Below the pieces are notes generated by a model. That model ran no database searches. It saw nothing but the letters and a program-made list of their open reading frames with translations, and was not told where the DNA came from. 64,000 nt of DNA from Thermoprotei archaeon (lineage in GTDB: Archaea; Thermoproteota; Thermoprotei_A; Sulfolobales; Acidilobaceae), in contig JARJMZ020000004.1 in assembly GCA_029335875.2 (NCBI GenBank), positions 22,649-86,648 on the forward strand, in the 5' to 3' direction. A program made the position numbers and the translations under genes. Shown here piece after piece: positions 56,856 through 64,000 of the stretch (position 1 is the first letter of the stretch; every line of letters begins with the position of its first letter).

Positions 56856-58223
56856 ATGGTTAAGATAGCTATTATTGGCGCTGGGAGCGCTGCGTGGTCC
56901 TCTCGTATAGTGGTGGACCTCATACTCACCCCTAGTCTTTACGGTAGCGAGGTTGCCTTGATGGACATAGATGAGGATAGGCTTAACTTAATCCACGGGT
57001 TCTCCGTGAGATATACTCGGGAGTATGGCGCCAACATTAAGTTCACTAAAACCAGGGACAGGAGGGAAGCTATTAGGGATGCGGATTTCATTGTTAACGT
57101 GGCGTTAGCTAAGGGTCACGGGTTCTATGAGAGGCTTAGAGAGATTTCCGAGGCTCACGGATATTATAGGGGTATTAATAGTGTTGAGTGGAACATGGTT
57201 GCAGACTATCCTACGATATGGGGCTACTACCAGTTTAAACTAGCTTTAGACATAGCTAGGGACATAGAAGAGCTCTCTCCAGGCGCGTGGCTTATACAAA
57301 TAGCTAACCCTGTTTTTGAGCTGACGACGCTAATAAGTAGGGAGACTAAGGTTAAAACTATAGGGTTATGTCACGGTCACCTAGGCTACTTGGACATGGC
57401 TAAAACTTTAGGGTTAAACCCTGAAGATGCACATGTTGAAATGATAGGTTTCAACCATGTCATATGGCTTACAAAGTTTAAGTATAAGGGTGAGGACGCC
57501 TACCCTCTCATAGACGAGTGGATAGCCGAGAAAGCTGAGGAGTACTGGGAGGAATGGAGGAAGACGCAGTGGAACCCCTTCGACATACAAATGTCCCCCG
57601 CAGCTATAGACATGTACAAGGTTTACGGTTTATTCCCCATAGGTGATACTGTAAGAGGGGGGACCTGGAAGTATCATTGGAGTTTGGAGACGAAACAGTT
57701 CTGGTACGGGCCCTCAGGAGGCCCCGACTCTGAAATAGGGCGGAACGTTTACCTAGAGTATCTTAAGATGGGGCTTAGAGAGCTTAGGGATGCCTTAGCC
57801 GACCCCTCAAAACCTTTAGCGGAGACGGTCCCGCCGGTTAAAAGCGGGGAGACGTTAGTGCCTCTTATAAACTCAATTGTAAACGATGAACCCGGCACGT
57901 ACCAGGTTAACGTTATTAACGGGGACTCAATACCGGGTATTCCCTCAGATGTGGCTGTAGAAATGCCGGCGGTAGTTGACGGTAGGGGAGTTCACAGGCT
58001 CAGCTTTAACGGGCTACCTCAGAGGATAATGAAGTACGTAATGATGCTAAGGCTTATGAGGGCTGAATGGGCCATCCAGGCGTTCAAAGAGGGGGGTAGG
58101 GATTCCCTCTTTGAATGGCTAATAATAGACCCTAGGACTAGATCCACGAGCCAGGTTAACAATGTTATAGATGCTATTCTGAAGGTGCCCGGCAACGAGG
58201 AAATGGCCAGACACTTCTCCTAA
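56856..58223 (+). CDS. GH4 family NAD-dependent glycosidase (alpha-glucosidase/alpha-galactosidase-like)
   Basis: N-terminal Rossmann motif KIAIIGAGSA, the GLCHG motif and a typical length of about 455 aa. Confidence 0.82.
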   Translation: MVKIAIIGAGSAAWSSRIVVDLILTPSLYGSEVALMDIDEDRLNLIHGFSVRYTREYGANIKFTKTRDRREAIRDADFIVNVALAKGHGFYERLREISEAHGYYRGINSVEWNMVADYPTIWGYYQFKLALDIARDIEELSPGAWLIQIANPVFELTTLISRETKVKTIGLCHGHLGYLDMAKTLGLNPEDAHVEMIGFNHVIWLTKFKYKGEDAYPLIDEWIAEKAEEYWEEWRKTQWNPFDIQMSPAAIDMYKVYGLFPIGDTVRGGTWKYHWSLETKQFWYGPSGGPDSEIGRNVYLEYLKMGLRELRDALADPSKPLAETVPPVKSGETLVPLINSIVNDEPGTYQVNVINGDSIPGIPSDVAVEMPAVVDGRGVHRLSFNGLPQRIMKYVMMLRLMRAEWAIQAFKEGGRDSLFEWLIIDPRTRSTSQVNNVIDAILKVPGNEEMARHFS

Positions 58224-59047
58224 ACCCTATCAAGGAAGGGGGTCACGTGTAGGAGCTCGGCGGGGATAACTTTAAACCCCTCAGCGTAATCCAACCCGGA
58301 AAGCTTACCGTAAAGGGTTGCATAAACACCTACAATAAACTCTATGAGAGCCCTATCTTTAAACTGACTCTCATGCTTAAGCAGAGCTTCAACTTTAACT
58401 TTAACGGTTCCACTAATATCCTGAAACACGTTAGGATTACTTGTATAATAGAGAGCTACAAATCTAGGAGTGAAAGCCTCCAACCCGCTCCTAATGTCAA
58501 CATCGTTAACGTGAGGCAGCCCGGAGAGGAGTACGGCTTCCAGGGCAGCCCTCCCAGTAATAATATGGTCGCCGTGAGCCTCGTAAGGAGCGTAAGGGTC
58601 TGGAGCTAGAACAACTGAAGGTTTGAGTTTCCTAATGTAAGTTATAATTCTACTCCTAACGCTTAAAGTGTCCGATAACTCCGCATCCCTAAAGTCAAGC
58701 CAGTAAACATCTTTCACACCTAGAAGTTTAGCCGCATCCTCCTGCTCCCTCCTCCTAATAGAGGCTAGAAGCTCCGGGTACATGTTCCTGTCTAGAGTAC
58801 CGAGCCTACCATCGGTGACAGTTAGATAATAGACCTCAGAGCCCCTAGACGTTAGAGAAGCTACTGTCCCCCCGGCTCCTAGATCGCAATCATCGGGGTG
58901 AGGCTGAACGCAGAGGAAAACTTTGTGTATCTCGAAAACCCTGCTAATATCCGGGTAGAGAAGGGAAACTATGTACCTTAAAGAATCCTCAAAAGATAAA
59001 CCCTTGACTCTATCCAGTAGATCTTCATAGACTCCCGATAAGCCCAT
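58220..59047 (-). CDS. PIG-L/LmbE-family N-acetylglucosaminyl deacetylase
   Basis: The VQPHPDDCDLGAGG zinc-binding motif is present, with downstream HGDH. Confidence 0.82.
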   Translation of the reverse strand: MGLSGVYEDLLDRVKGLSFEDSLRYIVSLLYPDISRVFEIHKVFLCVQPHPDDCDLGAGGTVASLTSRGSEVYYLTVTDGRLGTLDRNMYPELLASIRRREQEDAAKLLGVKDVYWLDFRDAELSDTLSVRSRIITYIRKLKPSVVLAPDPYAPYEAHGDHIITGRAALEAVLLSGLPHVNDVDIRSGLEAFTPRFVALYYTSNPNVFQDISGTVKVKVEALLKHESQFKDRALIEFIVGVYATLYGKLSGLDYAEGFKVIPAELLHVTPFLDRV

Positions 59048-59153
59048 ATCAAATCCCTAGGTGTTAGTCAGTGTGACATATTAAAAATTTACTTATCTTA
59101 AAATTTTAGCGGAAACGACCCTTTAACGTTTAAGGTCATGCTGGGAAGGTGTG

Positions 59154-59231
59154 TGGCGCCGCGGCCGGGATTTGAACCCGGGTCACGGGCTTGACAGGCC
59201 CGCATACTGGTCCAGGCTATACTACCGCGGC
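59154..59231 (-). tRNA. tRNA-Asp (GTC) with encoded CCA
   Basis: Hand fold of the reverse complement. Acceptor is GCCGCGG/CCGCGGC. Anticodon stem is CGGGC/GCCCG with loop CTGTCAA. T arm is CCGGG-TTCAAAT-CCCGG. Discriminator is G, followed by CCA. The D stem needs two G-U pairs. Confidence 0.88.
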
Positions 59232-59272
59232 TCCCAGTCTAGCTTATATGAGATGCCGGGGGTTTAAAGGTT

Positions 59273-60217
59273 TTAGCTCCCCCCGCCATATATCCTTTCT
59301 AGTTCTCTTATGAGCTTCCAGTTAAACTCTATTTTCTCCTCTAGAACCTTCACGTCCTCCTCTGTTATGTGGGCGAATCTTCCCTGCAGTTTTAAGTATT
59401 CTGCTAGGGGTTTCCTCCTTACTTTATCTATGTACGGCCTGCTCGGCGGGCTTATCGCTAGTTTTCCTTCACTATACTCCCACAATATCCAGGCCCCCGT
59501 CTCCACGGCTAGTTTAGCTATGTAGGCTGTCTTGTCCGAGTCGAACCTCCAGCCTGGGGGGCATGGCGAGTGTAGGTGTATTAGCTTGAGGCCCCTGATT
59601 TTAGATGCTTTCTCGAGTTTAGCGGCGAAATCTGTCGGGTATCCTACTGAGGCTGTAGCTACGTAGGGGACTTTATGCATTAACATTAGGAGGGCTATGT
59701 CTTTCCTCTCCTCAGTCTTCCCTATTACAGGGCTTGTTGTAGTCCGAGATTTCCACATTGTTGTCCCGCTAGCCTGAACCCCTGTGTTCATGTAGGCTTC
59801 ATTATCGCTAACTATAACGAGTATGTCCTCGTTCCTCACAGCAGCCCCGCTTAGGGTGGCGAAGCCTATGTCAGCGGCGCCCCCATCGCCGGACCACACA
59901 ACTACAACGCTATTAACCCCTAGAGTGTCATGGGAAGCTTTAAGGCCCGAAGCTACGGCAGCGGCTGAGGCGAAAGGAACGTGGAGTAGTGGCATGTCTA
60001 TGCCTGCCCTAGGCCAGTTACCAGCTATTATGCTCGTGCAGCCCGCCGGCACTACTAGGACAGCTTTCTCTCCTAGAACGCTGCCTACAACCCTTAATCC
60101 AATGTTGTGGGGGCAGCCCATGCACGCCGGGTTCCCGGGGAGTATGCCTTTAACCCTTGATAGTGCGAGCTTCTGGAGGCTCACCCGCCGCCCACCTCCA
60201 TCCACGGCATGTACCAT
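59273..60217 (-). CDS. 2-oxoacid:ferredoxin oxidoreductase beta (TPP-binding) subunit
   Basis: CMGCPH near the N-terminus and the TPP motif GDGGAADIG...SDNEAYMNTG. Confidence 0.88.
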   Translation of the reverse strand: MVHAVDGGGRRVSLQKLALSRVKGILPGNPACMGCPHNIGLRVVGSVLGEKAVLVVPAGCTSIIAGNWPRAGIDMPLLHVPFASAAAVASGLKASHDTLGVNSVVVVWSGDGGAADIGFATLSGAAVRNEDILVIVSDNEAYMNTGVQASGTTMWKSRTTTSPVIGKTEERKDIALLMLMHKVPYVATASVGYPTDFAAKLEKASKIRGLKLIHLHSPCPPGWRFDSDKTAYIAKLAVETGAWILWEYSEGKLAISPPSRPYIDKVRRKPLAEYLKLQGRFAHITEEDVKVLEEKIEFNWKLIRELERIYGGGS

Positions 60218-61389
60218 TCGGGCCTAGACCACCCTTCTATAGAGCCGTACTCGTACTCTTCTATGAAACCCTTTATTATACTGTAAAAGTCTTCAGGGCC
60301 CACGTCCACGCCTCCAATACCCGCTATAACGTTTTTAACGGGAACTTTGCCCCCGAGGGCTGAAGACACTTCCAACCCTAAAACCCCCCTATGGCCCATA
60401 GATACAGCCCTGTCAACGGCTAAGACAGCCTTAGCGTTCTGAGAAACCTCGCGGAGCTCCTCCCACGGGAACGGCCTGAAGAACCTAACCCTTAGAAGGC
60501 CCACATTGTAGCCTTCGCTCCTAAGCCTCTCAACAGCCTCTTTAGCATCCCCGCTCCAAGCACCCATAGCCACAACCACGTAATCAGAGTTTTTAGCGTG
60601 GAAGTCCTCTCCAAGCCCCCCATAACTTCTCAACCCGAAAACCTTCGCGTATTCAATGTCGACATCCCTGATTACAAGCCTAGACCTCTCCATAGCCCTC
60701 CACATAAGCCATCTCAACTCCATTGAAACCTCGTCGGGGCCTAGATTACCCACGGAGAAAGGCTTCCCAGGCTCTATCTTGAAAGGTAGAGGCTCCCTCG
60801 GAGGTAGCCATTCGCGTACAAGCTCCTCCTCAGGCACGTCTACAGGCTCCGCTGTATGGCTTAGGGTGAAGCCCTCCAACGCGACCATAACGGGGAGTAG
60901 CACTTTAGGGTCCTCCCCTATCTTGAAGGCCTGAACAGTCATGTCGAAAGCCTCCTGAACGCTCGAGGCGAATCCTATGATCCAGCCTGAGTCTCTAGCT
61001 GTGAGAGCGTCGTGGTGGTCGCTGTGTATGTTCCATGGGGGCCCTATTGCCCTCGTCACTACAGCCATGACAATTGGGAGCCTACTATAGGCAACCCACC
61101 AGAGCATCTCGTACATGTAGAGTAAGCCGTGGCTTGACGTTGCAGTGAAAGCTCTAGCGCCCCCAGCTGAAGCACCGTAGACTGCGGCTAGCGCCGAGTG
61201 CTCCGACTCCACCCTTATATACCTGGCTTTCATCTCCCCCCTCTCAACCATCTCAGCGATCCTCTCAACTATCACCGTCTGAGGCGTTATAGGGTATGCT
61301 GAGATCACCTGGACCCCGGAGACTTTCACGGCCTCAGCTACGGCAACGTTACCCGTCACGACTTTGCGTCTCACACTACTCACCCTCAA
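60181..61389 (-). CDS. 2-oxoacid:ferredoxin oxidoreductase alpha subunit
   Basis: GNVAVAEA...AYPITPQT...ESEHSA pattern. About 400 aa. Confidence 0.88.
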   Translation of the reverse strand: MRVSSVRRKVVTGNVAVAEAVKVSGVQVISAYPITPQTVIVERIAEMVERGEMKARYIRVESEHSALAAVYGASAGGARAFTATSSHGLLYMYEMLWWVAYSRLPIVMAVVTRAIGPPWNIHSDHHDALTARDSGWIIGFASSVQEAFDMTVQAFKIGEDPKVLLPVMVALEGFTLSHTAEPVDVPEEELVREWLPPREPLPFKIEPGKPFSVGNLGPDEVSMELRWLMWRAMERSRLVIRDVDIEYAKVFGLRSYGGLGEDFHAKNSDYVVVAMGAWSGDAKEAVERLRSEGYNVGLLRVRFFRPFPWEELREVSQNAKAVLAVDRAVSMGHRGVLGLEVSSALGGKVPVKNVIAGIGGVDVGPEDFYSIIKGFIEEYEYGSIEGWSRPEWYMPWMEVGGG

Positions 61390-61690
61390 GAATCATGTCT
61401 ATAGCTTTAGCAGGGCACACTTCAGAGCACACCCCGCAGCCCTTACAATAGTCATAGTCTACGCTGGGGATCCCCCTGAAGGGCCATATTATAGTGTTTT
61501 CGGGGCAGTAAAGCCAGCATATTCCACACTTTACACATTTACCCACACTCACCACAGGCCTGTAGAGTCTCCACATTCCAGTCTTCCCAGCGGAGCCCGG
61601 GCTGGGTTTCGCCAGGAGTTTTTCAGCGAAAGCCTTCAGGTCCTCAAAACCCTCCCTCTCAGGGTTTAGAGGCTTATAAGAGAAGCCCAT
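61376..61690 (-). CDS. 2-oxoacid:ferredoxin oxidoreductase delta subunit (2x[4Fe-4S] ferredoxin)
   Basis: CVKCGICWLYCP and CKGCGVCSEVCP. Confidence 0.88.
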   Translation of the reverse strand: MGFSYKPLNPEREGFEDLKAFAEKLLAKPSPGSAGKTGMWRLYRPVVSVGKCVKCGICWLYCPENTIIWPFRGIPSVDYDYCKGCGVCSEVCPAKAIDMILEGE

Positions 61691-61697
61691 AAAAGCT

Positions 61698-62258
61698 TCA
61701 CCCCGACACTGAATCCCACGCTATCTTAGCAGCTTCAATGTTAGCTTTAAGGAGCTCGCCCTTGAAATATTCGCTTAAAGCGCTAACAACACTCTCGAGG
61801 CTAGCTATCCTGAAAACCCTGGCCATAGCCGAGGACATAGCGGTGTTCACGAGGGGCCAACCCGCTATAACAAGGCCCAACCCTACAGCTATGGACGTGG
61901 CGTTAACATAGTACACTTCCCTCCCAGGTATCTTAGGCTTCTCAGCGGCATTAACTAGTACAGTAGAGCCTTCAGGGGCGAATTTCGAAATATCAACTAA
62001 GTCTAGAATCCTAGAGCTGAAGACAGCCACACCCTCAGGCCTCCTAACATTAGAATGCCTAGCTATAGGGCCATCGGAAACCCTGAGATAAGACTTAACT
62101 ATAGCCCCCCTCCTCTCAGCCCCAAACTCCGGTATAGCCTGGGCCCATAAACCCTCAAGGACAGCGGCAGAGGCTAGAATCCTAGAAGCAGTAACCCCAC
62201 CCTGACCTCCACGGCTGAGTATGAGAAACTCCCGCAACAAACAATGCTCCACCAACAA
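61698..62258 (-). CDS. 2-oxoacid:ferredoxin oxidoreductase gamma subunit
   Basis: SRGGQGGVTASRILA...PEFGAERRGA pattern. Gene order is gamma-delta-alpha-beta. Confidence 0.85.
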   Translation of the reverse strand: MLVEHCLLREFLILSRGGQGGVTASRILASAAVLEGLWAQAIPEFGAERRGAIVKSYLRVSDGPIARHSNVRRPEGVAVFSSRILDLVDISKFAPEGSTVLVNAAEKPKIPGREVYYVNATSIAVGLGLVIAGWPLVNTAMSSAMARVFRIASLESVVSALSEYFKGELLKANIEAAKIAWDSVSG

Positions 62259-62364
62259 TTCTTTTCCTATCTTGAAAGTTAAAAAATAAACGTTTATACG
62301 TGAAACACGAAGGCGAGCAAGGGGAAAAAGAAATTGGGAACTAAAAAGGTTGGAGGCTCAGGTG

Positions 62365-64000
62365 TCACCAGACTATATATGGAGTCTCGAACTTATGTTT
62401 CCTCCCAGTCTTGACTATGCGCGCTGGCGTGTCGTAATAGGCTTGGCCCCCGCCCACCCAGCTTTGTAGAGGCCAGTTTCCTAATGAAGGGTCTGCGAGC
62501 TCTATGGGGTTCGGCGATACACCGTTAAACCTCCACTTGTCTGGCGCCAGGCCTTTCTCATAGTATTCTGCTGGGCTCTTGGTGAACAATATTTTCTTCA
62601 CAATGTCGGGGAGGCGTTTCACGGGGTTGACTGCATCTTCAGGGATCTCAACACGCTCCGGAATCTCCTCGGCTAGGTTCTTAAGCCCGTTCACGCTCAA
62701 GTATTTAGGTTTGACCGTGACGGTTTCAGCCCACCTACCCATCCCGTAGGGTATGTATAGTACTCCTGGAGCCACGGCTGTTGACACGACCACTGGAACT
62801 TCTATTGAGCCCGCGGGGGTCTCAACCCTGACTATATCGCCCGTTTCAACGCCAAACTTAGCTGCATCCCTTGGATTTACTACCGCGAAGTTTTCGGGCG
62901 TTATCTGCTTCATCCAATAGTAGAATTGGCTCCTATGCTTAGTGAATAGGGGCCCGCTGCTGAAGATCAGGGTGAAGGGCCACTCTTCACTCTTGTAGAG
63001 TAGCCTTAGAGGCGCCCCGTGAAGCCATTTATCTTTCTTCTCCACGGCTAGGCCTAGCACGGGCGCGTATGTTGCTGGCGGGAAGTATTTGGGTCCTCCC
63101 CAGAACTTTTCCCCGGTCACACTATTCCTAGTCTTAGCTAGCTTATCGTTCCAGAACTTGAGTATCTTGTCTCCGGGCACTGAACGTTTAGATATGCCGC
63201 GCCCGTCGAAGGAGTCCACGTATCTTGTGAAGATGCCGCCCCTAGCTAAGCCGTAGGCCACATACCTCCACTCGTCCGCTGGCAGTATGTCCTTGAACTT
63301 AGCTATTGGATAGTTCCTCTCCACGAACTCAACATCCTCGCTTGGAACGTTCTCAGGTATTATTTTAAGGTCTACAGCATGTGCTGCGGCGTTAGCGTAT
63401 ACTCTCATAATGTACTCCCACAGGCAGTGCATTGGGAACCACTGACCCTCATACTTTCTACCCTTAACTCCTGGAAATGCTTTATCCCCGTAGCCCGGCA
63501 TTTTAAGGGCCTTAGCGGTGTCTATGAGGAACTCCCACATGGACGCGTATCTCGGATGCCCGTTGGGGCACACGCCTATATACTCTGTCAGAGGCATTAT
63601 GACGGGGGAGCGCCAGCCTTCAGCCCTTACTAGGCCAAGGCCGCCGGCGTACAGGAACTGGACTCCAAGGGTTCCAATCTCCAGGTATGTAGAGTCCGGC
63701 ACTATGTAGTCTGCGTATAGGTATGTCTCGTTTATGGTAGTAGTTACCCCTATGAATAGTGGGAGCTTCTTTGTATCTTTAAGTACTTCAACGAACTTGA
63801 GCCCGTAATTGGCGGATAAGACCGGGTTAGCATAGTAAAGTATAAAAGCCCCCACAGGGTATGGGTATCCCTCAGCTATGCCCGCAAATAACTCCCCATA
63901 TATCTCCTCAGGGGTGAGAGGATACCAGGGCCTCTTAGCTGGGAACGCCGCTTTGATAGCTTCCTCTCCTTTCTTACCCTCCTTCATAGCCTTCTTAACT
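62365..64000 (-). CDS. molybdopterin (DMSO-reductase-family) oxidoreductase catalytic subunit, C-terminal part; 5' end lies beyond the window
   Basis: The frame is open to the window edge. The C-terminal MopB_CT barrel pattern is VNPRDAAKFGVETGDIVRVETPAGSIEVPVVVSTAVAPGVLYIPYG. Confidence 0.7.
   Translation of the reverse strand, partial: VKKAMKEGKKGEEAIKAAFPAKRPWYPLTPEEIYGELFAGIAEGYPYPVGAFILYYANPVLSANYGLKFVEVLKDTKKLPLFIGVTTTINETYLYADYIVPDSTYLEIGTLGVQFLYAGGLGLVRAEGWRSPVIMPLTEYIGVCPNGHPRYASMWEFLIDTAKALKMPGYGDKAFPGVKGRKYEGQWFPMHCLWEYIMRVYANAAAHAVDLKIIPENVPSEDVEFVERNYPIAKFKDILPADEWRYVAYGLARGGIFTRYVDSFDGRGISKRSVPGDKILKFWNDKLAKTRNSVTGEKFWGGPKYFPPATYAPVLGLAVEKKDKWLHGAPLRLLYKSEEWPFTLIFSSGPLFTKHRSQFYYWMKQITPENFAVVNPRDAAKFGVETGDIVRVETPAGSIEVPVVVSTAVAPGVLYIPYGMGRWAETVTVKPKYLSVNGLKNLAEEIPERVEIPEDAVNPVKRLPDIVKKILFTKSPAEYYEKGLAPDKWRFNGVSPNPIELADPSLGNWPLQSWVGGGQAYYDTPARIVKTGRKHKFETPYIVW

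Overview
This 64-kb window looks like a chromosomal segment of a hyperthermophilic crenarchaeon. I infer a Desulfurococcales-like organism from the archaeal gene content and from AGG/ATA/CTA-rich codon usage. I estimated mid-50s % GC by eye and did not compute it.

Recognisable content, in order:
- radA, a PduO-type corrinoid adenosyltransferase and a PNP/UDP-family phosphorylase
- rpl40e, which is missing from the ORF track
- a prepilin peptidase
- a ba3-type terminal oxidase / cytochrome c cluster interrupted only by in-frame stop codons
- herA-mre11-rad50 followed by a translin-family gene, with no nurA
- a Fur-family regulator and split metE
- a ThiN-domain (ThiR-like) regulator
- a lipoylation cluster: lipoyl-domain protein, lipA and two LplA-family genes
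- pyrF-pyrE, aIF2-beta, mdh, sppA, tRNA-His and thi4
- pus10, then the conserved block prmC-like / ksgA / DUF655 / rpoF / rpl21e
- a ribosomal-protein block running only from S19 to S8, including Rpp29 and a track-missed S14
- a glycoside-utilisation cluster: GH1, MFS, GH4 and a PIG-L deacetylase
- tRNA-Asp, a four-subunit 2-oxoacid:ferredoxin oxidoreductase and a partial molybdopterin oxidoreductase

The most unusual signal is an unclassified interspersed element of about 230-285 bp, present in seven copies (A-G).
- It has an A/T-box-rich, promoter-like 5' module and a GC-rich, helix-forming 3' module.
- One copy is an internal-deletion derivative that keeps both termini.
- One copy abuts a 5'-truncated upp pseudogene.
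- Two inverted copies share a 116-bp perfect repeat. They bracket a 2.8-kb lower-GC cassette whose two genes are both frameshifted.

Other points worth a second look:
- a 278-nt nested-palindrome GC-rich element (candidate ncRNA) lies next to the truncated ribosomal-protein cluster
- pseudogene density is high overall

All calls come from reading the sequence and the supplied translations. No database search was run.
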